A stretch of DNA of 64,000 nt, from positions 124,001 through 188,000 of the forward strand of contig CDMY01001019.1 in NCBI GenBank assembly GCA_001179505.1, in the 5' to 3' direction. The position numbers were made by a program, and so were the translations under genes. Under the pieces are notes generated by a model that was not told the DNA's origin, made no database searches, and saw only the letters and a program-made list of their open reading frames with translations. This document shows, one piece after another, positions 35,233 through 46,400 of the stretch. Numbering within the stretch: the first letter of the stretch is position 1; each line of letters starts with the position of its first letter. Source of the DNA: Vitrella brassicaformis CCMP3155 (taxonomy: Eukaryota > Protista > Chromerida).

Positions 35233-36438
35233 TCAGCAGTAGACGCATCCCTCGGTCAGGTACACGTCGTCCCGCCCCGTGCGCGGCCACGGAAACAGCT
35301 CGTTGCCGCACATCGGCAGGCTCACACACACGCACAAAGCCGCCAGCACACTATCCAATGCGTCGCCGCCCGCATTCCCCACACACAGCGCCCTCAGCTG
35401 TCCATCGTCGGCCGTCTGAAGCCGCACCAGCTCACATGAACCATCCTCGAAGCTGCAGGCACACACACACAGACATACACCCAGATGGGACAACCAGATC
35501 CGACTGTGTCTAACGCACATGTGTGGGCCGTACCTCGCCCATATCCGCTCTCTCTGCCGCCTGTGCGCATCGGTGGTGCCTTTGTACGGCTGATATAGCG
35601 CCGGTGGCAGCGTGGCCTTTCCACTGCTCCCGTCGGTCGCCGTCTTTTGTCGCTTGGCTGGCCGCTGCCCGTCGTCTCTGTTGTTGCTGTCGATGGCCTT
35701 GAGGAGGCTGGCGGGGCAGGTCTCGAGCAAAAGGGGCACCCCCTCTGCAGCCGACTGCATCGGCGCCACGCGGATGTCATCTGACCGGACGAGCGGCGCA
35801 ATCAGGCTGGCCAGCGAGTGATACGCCTGTCGGAACATACGGACGTTATGCGGCAGCCAGGGGGTCTTGTGGAGGACGTCACTCGCCCTCTTGAGCTCCT
35901 TTTCGCTCCCGCAAGCATCGCACGCCCGCTTGAAGGCCTCTGGTGAGTCGAACGCCTCGCCAAACGCCTCAATGAATCGCCCCCATCGCGTTGCTCCGCT
36001 TTGGTCGCCGGCCGGAGTGTGTGCCTTGGATGATGAGGTGGCGGTGTCGCCGGCCAGCTTGATGTGTTCCTGAAGCTCCAAACGGTCCAGCAGGAGCTCG
36101 GAGAGCGACACGGGTGCGTCGAGACCAATGTAGCCCACAGTGCCCTTGTGTGCGCGGATGTAAGCAAGCAGGGCTTTATAGCTCTCGTCGCGCGACGGGC
36201 CAGCATCGGGAAGGTTTGAGGCGGGGAAGCACTCGGTCAGGCGGAACACCGGCGGCTGGCCAGCGGCGTCGGAGGACAAGCAGCCCCGTGAGACCCACAC
36301 GGCTCGGCCAGCCTCCTGCACACACGCGCAGATCAGCATGATTCCCGAACACAGCCATGCGGTGCGATGCGATGCGATGACTATCTGACTGACCTTTGCG
36401 CCGCTCCAGTCGATACCGATCACCACCTCTTGGGTCAT
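35233..36438 (-). CDS. DUF429-family (RNase H-like fold, predicted nuclease) protein of prokaryotic type (3 exons)
   Basis: VIGIDWSGAK, YIGLDAP, ELKRASD..PWLPHNVRMFRQ, RVAPMQ, LLETCPA, YKG..RRQRERI, GGDALDSVLAA, terminal EGCVY; introns 36393-36316 and 35533-35453. Confidence 0.85.
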   Translation of the reverse strand: MTQEVVIGIDWSGAKVSQIVIASHRTAWLCSGIMLICACVQEAGRAVWVSRGCLSSDAAGQPPVFRLTECFPASNLPDAGPSRDESYKALLAYIRAHKGTVGYIGLDAPVSLSELLLDRLELQEHIKLAGDTATSSSKAHTPAGDQSGATRWGRFIEAFGEAFDSPEAFKRACDACGSEKELKRASDVLHKTPWLPHNVRMFRQAYHSLASLIAPLVRSDDIRVAPMQSAAEGVPLLLETCPASLLKAIDSNNRDDGQRPAKRQKTATDGSSGKATLPPALYQPYKGTTDAHRRQRERIWARYGPHMCVRHSRIWLSHLGVCLCVCACSFEDGSCELVRLQTADDGQLRALCVGNAGGDALDSVLAALCVCVSLPMCGNELFPWPRTGRDDVYLTEGCVYC

Positions 36439-36760
36439 GCTGTGTGTTGGGAGGCGGAAACTGAGAGGAGAAAGAAGCTCTCTCTCTGCGACCTCAAAAG
36501 CTCGCAGCCATGTCGCCCGTCTTCTCTTGGTGTTTTTTCTCTCTCCTTCTTCCCGTAGCAACAACAGCGCAGAGGGAAGAAGGATTTCGCGAAAAAATCT
36601 CGGCAAATTGCGATCTGTCCTGATGGCGTCGGCTGCGGACCCTCACATCGCATCGCGAACGCCGAAGGCTGTCTGTCCTCGCCATCGACGTTACGGCCCG
36701 ATGAGCTCGACCAACGCATCCTGACGTGCCTTTCTGCACCTGTGTTGACGCGCCGCCGTC

Positions 36761-39700
36761 ATGCATCGCTCTCGCCAGTCGCACGCATCGGACGAGCAGC
36801 GGCTCCAGAGCATCTATGCAGTCGACAGCAGACTCTCTCGACGACACCCGAACCAGCCACAGCCACGAGAGGAGCCCTCCAGTCGTCATGGTGACTCGCC
36901 CCGCAGCCAGCGAACAACGCGTTATGGCGGGTCGCCTGGGGATAGGGACCAGGGAGAGATGGTCAACGGAGAAGGGAAGCACCTTCGGAACGGCTACAAC
37001 AGCAGGCAGCCTCACCCGCTGTCAAACACTAGCACAGGTGGGTGGGCCAGCCACCTGGACAACACAACACAACAGAACATACAAGGGAAGGGGGAAAGAC
37101 AGCAAAGCGGCTGGCCTGTCTGTCTGTCTATCTGTCTGTGTCCATCTATCTATCTGTGTATGTGTTTATCTGTCTATCTATCAGGTCTCGGCATATCGAG
37201 TGGTGTGCCGGGCAGCAGCGCAGGCGTGAGCGGCAAGAGCTCAGCATCCGACCTCAGCCAGCTGCCGGCCCGTCGTTTGTTTGACAAGAAGGGCTTGTCG
37301 GTCAGCACAGCGCGTCCCCCGTCCCCCCCGCTGTCCAACCCCTCCAACCCCATCTCACCCGGTGGTGACACGCGCTACACCAAGTCGCCCACGGCGCACC
37401 AGATCGTCAAAGAGGCCAGAGAGTTCGCCGCCAACCACAGTCACACCACCACTGCCCGCGATGCGGCCGGGAGGATGTCGAGACGGCCGCATCCCCTCGA
37501 TGAGCGTCTGTCCCCCTTCCACGAGAGCCAGCAGCCCTCTCCCCCCCTGGCGAAGCTGGCCAACGGCGTATCGCCCGCATCAGCACCCGGACCCATCAAC
37601 CTGGGCCCTCTCGACGAGGACGTGTCGGGCGGCCCCACTCACCGTCGTGGCTACATCGCCCCTCGCGCATGTGGGTCGGCGCCCACATCGTCTCAGCACG
37701 GCAAGAGCGGCGAGGCCCAGGAGGGCGTGCGGGACCGTTTCCGCTGGGGCGGTCGAGAGGGGAGGTCGCTTCTGAGTATAGCCGGGTCCAACATCGCTTC
37801 AGATCGCCAGTCGGGAGGCAGCAGCCCCTCATCGGATCGCACGACACCTCAGTCTGGTGGCGGCCTGTCGAGTCGTCAACTGCCGCCTGGAGGCAGTGGT
37901 GGAGGCAGGCTGGACGAAAACATGGCCAAGCTCGCCCAGTTTGGGCAAGTGCCACAGGTTCCTCGTGGCGACAGCGAGTCGCCGCCCCCTCAGCCCCCGC
38001 TGCCCTTCCCTCCAGGCCGTGTTCGCCCTACCACGGGTCTGCGAGTCGACACAGATGCGGATGTGAGTGAGGGAGTCGGAGGGGCACCCAGCAGCACGGG
38101 CAGCGGTAAGAGCATCGGCAGCCTTGGCAGTGGAGGCGGCCGCAGGTTCAGGGTGGCAGGGACGCCTGGAGGTGAGGCCGGCTCCGACCGTCGTCCGCCC
38201 TCGATAGGGTCGGGCGGCCACGGCCGGCAGCCGCCAAGCGACAGCGGGGGCAGCGACACGACATCCAACCCCTCACCGCAGGAGCAGCGGCTCAACCTCG
38301 GCCACTGGAGCACCGATCCAGACATGCCTGTCCCCACCTTGCCACCGCCCCCACCCATGACGGTCTCGCCGAGCGGCAGCCCGCACAGCGTCTCCCCTGG
38401 GGCTCGGCCCACCCAGTCGCCTCATCTTCGCTACAGCATCAATAATCGGCAGTCTCCATCGGCAGGAGGGTCTACTGGGGGTGGCAGCTCGCGGCACGGC
38501 AGCTCGAGTGGCCGTCGGTACAAGATGGGCACGGGCTCTGGCGAGGGGTCCAGCCCCCGGTTTCCCCCCATCCACCCCAACACGTGGAAGGCCGACCCAC
38601 CCAAGACCATCCTGCCGCCCATTGCCAACATTGGGGGAGGAGACAGAGACAGGAGCCGGCCCCCGACATTCATCCCACCCACCGACCCCCTCACCCCAAA
38701 GCGTAACTTCAGCAGGAGTCGGCAGCTGGACTATGAGGTGCCCCGGCGCGAATCTGACCCGCTTTATCCGATGGGTCGCCCCCCGCCCCCTCCGGCCGTG
38801 TCGCTCCTGGCCATGCAGCGCAGGCAGCCCCCCAGCCCGGAGGAGGGGGCGCTGTCCAGCCCTGGACCGAGGGCCACCCATCGCATCGACCTGGGCCCGC
38901 TGCAGACGCCACCGCGGCGCAAGAAGGGGGGCATGAACGGGGCTGGGGCTGGTGGTGGCGGTGGTGGTGGTGGTGAGGACAGCGATGACATGTTGCTGCC
39001 TGCTGTGGATATAGTGAGTCGGCATTCGTCTCCGGGCGGGTCGAGCTCCCGTCGGTCGCCAGGCGACCCCCTGGGCGATGTGGCGGAGTGGGACAGCTTA
39101 CTGGCGCGACAAACGTCGACCGAGCGTGCGAGAGGCGGGCCGGACGGCAGTGCCACCCACACGAGGCCGCGCCAGAGGACGTCGGGGGGAGGCAGGAGCA
39201 AGGAGGACTCCCTGTCGATGTCGCAGTCGTGCTCGTTGCTGGACAGTGAGGACTTCCTATCCCCCGACCCGCAGGCCATCGCGTCCGACAACTCTTTGAG
39301 CTTCAGCGTGAGCCAGCCGCACGCGTCACCCGACCGCGTGAGAGACCTAGAGGACTCCTTCTCCTCAGCCACCTCGCCAGTCCCCGAGCGCAAGACCGAA
39401 AGCGCACATTCGGCCATCCGTGGAGGGCGTGACCCTCTATCCCGGTCACGATCGCCGAGGCTGCGACCGCTGCAGAAGGCGGGCACTGTGGACGGCGCTG
39501 ATGGGCACCGGGAGGGTGTCACCCCGTCCCCCCCACCCAGGGCACCAGCCAAGCTCCCGCACACACCGCAGGGTCGGCCCCGCCCCCCCGTGAGCCCCCG
39601 AAGCCCTCACCCGTCGGGCGCCTCGTCAGCCCCTGCATCCCGTCATGGGAGTCGCCCGCGCCCTCTCGACCGTGACACCAGTCGGCCGTCGTCTCGCCAG

Positions 39701-41765
39701 CGGCTGGCCGAGTCTCGCCAAGGGGGCTACGAGCTGTTTGTGCAGGCGCCAGATGAGGAGGGGGAGAGGTCCGCCGGGGCAGGGGATGCCACTGGTGAGC
39801 GTCGCGACAGTGGGTCCAACGTGACGTCGCATCGCGAGTGGGTAGCTGCTCGGCAGGGGGCGTTCGACAGCCATCGTGGTGGGGGCAGGAGGCGCCCACC
39901 ACGGATCGGCGAAGTAGACGAGGAGGAGGAGGAGGAGGAGGAGGTCGAGGCAGCAGAGGGCAGTGAGAGCGACGAATCGCTTGGCGGCGTCAACCTGGAG
40001 GACTCCAGCACCAAGTTCGAGGACCTGCCCCCGCCCTCCATCATGCGGTCCGGCACGCAGCAGTATGTCCACGAGCAGCAGAAAGCGACCGCAAGACGTC
40101 CTGGTACGACTCCCGGCATGATTGGTGGCGGCAGCAGGGGGGGAGCAGGCGTCGCGTCGCCCCCGGGCAGCCCGCATTCGCCTGTGGAGGGATCGAGTGT
40201 GCGTTGGATTCGCGGAGGTGTGATAGGTCAGGGCCAGCTGGGCAGGGTGTATGAGGGCATGGAGGTGCGGACGGGTCGGCGGATAGCGGTCAAGGAGTTG
40301 CTGGTGGACGAGGCAGCCGACAAGAAGTTCATCGACCAGCACATGCATGAGATCAACCTCTACCAGGAGCTCAGACATGAACACATCGTCTCATACCTTG
40401 GTGAGTTAATCAGGGAGGGAGGGAGGGACGGAGGGAGTGACGCACAGAGAGACGCGAGCAGGAGGGATACACCCACCTACCTGTGAATGTGACCAATATG
40501 GCCCACGTGGATGCAGGCCACGACAAGATCGACGGCTGCGTGTACATTTACATGGAGTTCATGCCGGGGGGGTCGCTGGCACAGATGCTGACGCGCTTCG
40601 GTGCATTTGAGGAGGAGACCATCGCAACCTACACACGACACGTACTCGAGGGGCTCAAATACCTGCACGACAGAAACATCATGCACAGGTAGGTGGGCGG
40701 GCACAGGTGGGTGGGTGCGATTTGTCTGTCATATGATATATATATGTCAACCACCGACAGACAGACAGACACAGACAGACACAGACAGACAGGCGCAAGC
40801 ACGAGACAGATGGACTGGATTGATGGCTGGATGTATGTGTGTGTATTGTCATAATGTGTCATGTCACGTCAGAGATGTCAAGGGCGGCAACATCCTCGTC
40901 GACACTGAGGGCAACGCCAAGCTGGCCGACTTCGGCTGCTCCAGGAAAGCCGAACGGTCGATGGCAACCACCATCAAAGGTCGGTACACGCACCCCCACA
41001 CCCCGACATCTGTTCCTTCCCTCCCTTCCACCCACCCGACCAACATCTGTCTGTAATGCATTCAATGGCATGACACAGGTACCCTGCCGTGGACGGCTCC
41101 GGAGGTGATTCACCAGAAGGGTTACGGGCGCAAGGCGGACATCTGGTCACTTGGGGGTGTGGTGGTCGAGATGGCCCAGGCCCACCACCCATGGGACTCG
41201 TTCGACAACCAGATGGCCGCTATGCTCAAGATCGGATTCTCACAGGAGACACCCAACATACCCAAACACCTCTCACACGTAGCTAAGGTACCCACACACA
41301 CACACAGACAGACAGACAGACGTGCTGAGGTCATCTTTTCATTTCTTGCCTGCCTGATTCATTCAGGATTTCTTGGAGCGTTGTTTCCAGCGCGACCCCG
41401 ACCGTCGCTCCACGGCCGAGGATCTGCTGACGCACCCCTTTATCACGCGACGCCTCGACGACCCCCTGCCGCCACCCATCCCGCCATCACAACCCTCTTC
41501 ACCCACCGACCCACAGCCCCCGCAACTTCCCGGCCACCAACAGCAACCCGAGGCCCCTGCTGCTGCTGCTGCTAGTCCATCCGATGGTGAGGGCGGCGGT
41601 GCAAGTGGGCTGTGGTGGACCCGGCTCCCAAGCAAACTGGCAGAAGCCGGTGGGGCCAGCAACAACGCTGCTGCTGCTGCTGATGCGGGTGATGCGGGTG
41701 ATGGTGGTGCGGACAGAGGATGGTCGGGCGAAGGGTCAGATGGATGCACGGGGGGCGCGTCGTAG
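36761..41765 (+). CDS. STE11/MEKK-like MAP kinase kinase kinase with about 1100-aa disordered N-terminus
   Basis: [41 protein letters not shown]|[18 protein letters not shown]|[28 protein letters not shown]. Confidence 0.93.
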
Positions 41766-42600
41766 CTGCAAGGAAGCAAGAAAGGAAAGACACTGACCCC
41801 AACGAATGAATGGATGTGTACAGACAAACGGTCTGAGGGCAGATGGGGGGCAGACAGACAGTTGTCAACTGAGTCACAATTTGTTGGTTGGGGTGGGTGC
41901 ACGTCATCAATCGTGTGTTCGTGAATCAATCGCGCCCCTGTCTGGTCGCTCATCTGCAGTCCGTCTCTCTGGTCCGATCCACCCTTGCTGCTCTCTTCTT
42001 TGACGCTTCCTTCTTTTTGAGACGAACGACGGACCAGACAGACAGACAGGGAGGAGGGAGGGAGGGAGGGCATTGGCTCGGTTGAATGCGCTGTCTGGTG
42101 CGGATGGATGGATGAATTGCATTGCATGCCGCCGACCAGCCAGAGAAGATGGCAAGCGCGTGCCCATGCCCCATTTTGCTCACTTGGGAGGGCTCAATCG
42201 CGCGTGTGGTGGGTGGGTGTATGTGGTCACTCACGCCTCTCGATGATTGACTGACACTTGTTGGTGTTCGTTATTTGCAAACAAACAATTGCGTGCGTGT
42301 CTGCGCGGCGTGTGTCGTGTCGTGTCTGTGTCCTGTCGTGTGGTGTGGTGGTTGTCGCGTGGCGTGTGTAAATACATACGTTAGTTAACTCAAGCAACGA
42401 GTGGGCGAACGCGAGTCCGATTTGATGCCGACAGGTGCAGACAAACGGGATGTAGCCATCGACGCGCGCACCTCACCTCCCCCAGCCCAGCCAGTGAGAG
42501 GGAGAGTGAGAGAGGCAGTATGCATTATATGCAGAGAGTGATCAACCTCCGCTACTGTCGCTCTGGTTGCTTTGCTTGTGTTGTTTCTTGTGCTGTAGTA

Positions 42601-43176
42601 TCATCTTCCACACTTGATGCCGCTCCTCGCTCCGCAAATCAGACACCTTCACCACACTCACATGGCTGCACACACACACACGCACTTTCTCTGTCTTTGC
42701 CGATGGTGCGTCTGTCTGTCTGTCTGTCTGTGCGCGTACGTCTGGTTGGGGCAGTTTCTCTTGAGCATGACGTATCCGTGGTACAGCCGCCAAAGCGTCG
42801 GACATGAGTACTCCACCGGCTCCACCAAACCCCTCACTATCTCCTTCTGACCTCCACATCCCCGCCAACACACAACTCACAATTCGCAATGCAATGAACA
42901 CGTACGTCCCCGGCTTGAGCCGACAGATCTCACCTTGCACACAGTGCACATCTTGGTGGCTTTCCACTTGAACACACGCCTCTCGAGGAAGGCCTCCACC
43001 TCATCCATCTGAGGGGCGCCATGACTCAAGGCCCACTCGGGATGAGGCCGCGGTGGTCCTGCTCCTCCTGACGGACGTGCTGCTGATGGTGGTGCAGTTG
43101 GCGCAGCAGCGGATGACAGCAGCCTCCTGCAGAGGGGGATTCGACGCGCAGCGTGTGATAACGAGCAAGACAGCAT
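42601..43176 (-). CDS. Small predicted mitochondrial protein with two CxxC pairs (zinc-ribbon-like, 3 exons)
   Basis: Presequence-like MLSCSLSHAARRIPLCRRLLSSAAA; spliced KMCTVCK|KEIVRGLVEPVEYSCPTLWRLYHGYVMLKRNCPNQT|CLICGARSGIKCGR*. Confidence 0.68.
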
Positions 43177-43436
43177 TCCCCAGCCCGTTAGGTTTCGCGC
43201 CAAACCCTGAACCCTAACCCCTATCCTGAGAGAGAAACCCAAGACAGAACTCCCCTTCCCGAATACATACAATCGCACCGCAGCAACGCGAGCGCGCCTA
43301 ACTGAACTCAAGGATCTCTCTCGCGGCCAGATAGGACCTTCCCCGCAGCAGCGCCGCTCGCTGACACGACGACAGACGACAGACTGAAGCCAGCAGCGCA
43401 CAGCCGCATGGAGGCAGCCTGACAGCCCCTCCGTTG

Positions 43437-46400
43437 ATGAGACCATCGCAGCCACTCGATATGAGTAAATCGCAGCCGAGTCCGTCAGCCCCGAGAGCGT
43501 CTCAGTTCCTGCCGATGGACGCCAGCTTGGCTGATCCGCATCACTGCGAGGCCTCTGCCACGCCGTCGAAGCGGACGAGAGGGCGGGAGAGGGACAGGGG
43601 GAGGGAGAGGGGGAGGGGAGGGGCCTGGTGCGATTTGATCGGGCGCAAGCAGCGCCTGCTGGAGGCCATCGACTCGTTTTTCTATCGCTATACGACCTTT
43701 GTGTTCGACCATCCCTGCTGGGTCAGTGAGTGAGTTGAGTGACCGCACACGCACACAATATGTGCCACGTGCATGTGGGTGGCACAGACAGCACAGAGGG
43801 GGACTGGCTGGACTGTGTGAGTATGTTGTGTGTGTGTCAGTTCCTGTGGGTGCCGGTGGTGGCGTGCGCGCTGATGGGTATGGGTCTGCTCCGCTACAAC
43901 CCCAACACCGACCCACTCGCCCTCTACGCCATCCCCAACTCACAGGCCATACACGTACGTTACGTATCCACCCACTCTCACGGAGGATGGATGAGAAATA
44001 CAACAAACAAACACATTGATCGCATCGCACACATGGCTGTCTGTCCCTCCCTCCCCTTCCCTCCCCTCCCCTCCCTCCCGCCCCTGATCGATTTGATCAG
44101 GATTGGGACATTCTGACGACCACCTTCGAGGGCTGGCCTCGGTTCGCCTACTTGATAGTCGACAAGGACCCCTCATCGGACCGCAGCGACCGCACCCACC
44201 CACTGGTGCACCCGGACACCCTGCAGGCACTGGCAGACCTGCGCGGCAAGATAGAGTCGATCCGCGTTGAGGTGGACGGCCGCGAATACGGCCTGGAGCA
44301 CGTGTGTGTGCAGGATGGCACCAAGCTCTGCCAGCATGAGAGCGTCCTGGAGTTCTTCCCCACCGGTCAGTCAGTCAGTCAGTCAGAGAGAGAGCGAGAG
44401 AGAGGTGCATGGGTCTTATTTGCCTGTTTGTTTAATCGATGGATGGCTGGATGGATCGTTGTGCGTGCATGTGCAGGCGACTACAATCGGTCGATCCTTT
44501 ACCCCAACCACCTGGCTCTGCGCAAGGGCAGCGGTGCGTTCGTCCGGTGGCCGGTCGATCTGATGGTCGGCGGGGTGACGCCCACGCCAGACGGAAGAAA
44601 AGTCGAATCAGCAGAGGGTACACACAGGCCAGCCTCCATACCTCTCACCCATAATCGGGATGTGTACCTTCCGGTGCTCTCTCTGCGTGTCAGCCTTTTT
44701 GTTCCGTTGGGCGTTGCAGGACTACGGGGGCCACGCCATCGAGGCCGCGACGACCCCAGTGCAGCGGGCGACCGTAGCCTGGGAGAAGGAATTCATCGCA
44801 GTGGTGGAGGAGGAGAAGGAAAAGCTGAGGGATGAGCGGGGCGTGAGGGTCCACCACATCGCTCGACGATCCATCGGTGGGCACACCAAACCCACCGCAA
44901 CCAACACATATATATGAGAGAGGGGAGGGAGAGGCAGGCATTGATTTCATTCGTCCATTCATTCATCCGTGTGTGCAGTTGACGAGTTGGAGAAGTCGAC
45001 GACGCTTGGTTTGTATGACTACGTGCGCTACCTCATCGGCGGCATCATCATCTTCACCTACTGCATGCTCGTCAGCTGCTCCACGGACATCTACAAAGCA
45101 AAGTACACACACAAACCGACACACAACAAACACACCACACCCCTCGTCCCTCCGCTTCTCGCCACACACACAGGCCCGTGTCGGCCTTTTTCGGTTGTGG
45201 CGCGGCTGTGTTGGGATTTCTGTTCGGTGCGGGTGTGTGTTACGCTTTGGGCCTAACCCACGTGCCGCCGACGGAGGCCACTCCGTTCCTGTGCATGGGT
45301 ATCGGTGTGGACGACATGTTCGTCATCTTCAACAGCTATGCCCTGGCAGCCAAAATCAGCGACCCACGAAGACGGGTGGCTCTCGCTGTCAAGGACTGCG
45401 GTAAGGGAGAGCGGCGGCGGGTGAGTGGCGAGGGACGGACGTCGATTATGTGTCCTGGGTGTGTGGCTGCCGCAGGCATATCGATCACAATCACGACTCT
45501 GACAAACCTGATATCGTTCATTGTGGGTGCGACGTCGCCGTACCTCGCTATCAGCAACTTCTGCATCGTCACCGCCATGTCTCTGCTGCTGGTACGGACT
45601 CATGTAGATAGACATATAACCCATCCACTCACCCACCCACCATGTGACTGACACCTGCTCCATGCTGTGTTGTGTTGTGTTGTGTGTCATGTGTGTATGG
45701 GATGGACGCAGGGGTACTTCTGCGTCTTGACCTTCTTCCTGGCGGCCGTGTGCATCGACGCCGAGAGGGAGCACTGCAAGCTGTCCTTCATCGAGGCCTA
45801 CTGGCCACCCGCCAGGACAAGAAGGAGGAGAGCCAGGGTCGCTGCAACAGCAAAAACAACACCAGCACAGCAGCAGCAGCAGCAGCAGCCACCCAAGTCT
45901 CCATACGCCGCCCCTTCCCCAGCAGGGAAGGAGGGCCCTTCACCGTTTTCGCCATCGCCCGCCAGCACGGCCGCATCGTCTCTGCGCAATGTTGCCTCGC
46001 GCGACGCGTGCAGGGGGGGCGCAGAGAGCGACGCTGTTGACGACGAGGGTAAGTCTGTGCATACATGTCACGTCTGGGGGGCTTCTCTCTCTGCAGACAT
46101 TGGTTCAATCATTCACTCATGCTGGTCGATGTGTCGGGATGTGATGCGATCGTGTGCGCGCAGCGAATCTGTCGACCTTCGAGCTGGTTGCCAAGCAGCT
46201 CTACCATCAGGAGCAGACCATCAAACAGAGAAGACAGCAGCAGCAGCAGCGGCAAGAGCCATTGCCACAGCACCAACCGCCGGCACAGCCACCGCAGCCA
46301 AGGGAGGGTTCGTGTCGCGAGGCGGTGTTCAGGCCTCGGCTGGCGTACCCGAGTGCGTATCCGTATGAGCGTGGTAGCGAGGGCACTGGCGAGCAGAAGG

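Noticed and set aside
35233-36438. Bacterial contamination as the source of DUF429
   Set aside because: The gene has microsatellite-containing GT-AG introns and is contiguous with clearly eukaryotic genes
36761-40486. 1241-aa ORF as a single-exon protein or retroelement ORF
   Set aside because: It is the MAP3K N-terminus read through a 3n intron and into the next intron; no RT or integrase motifs
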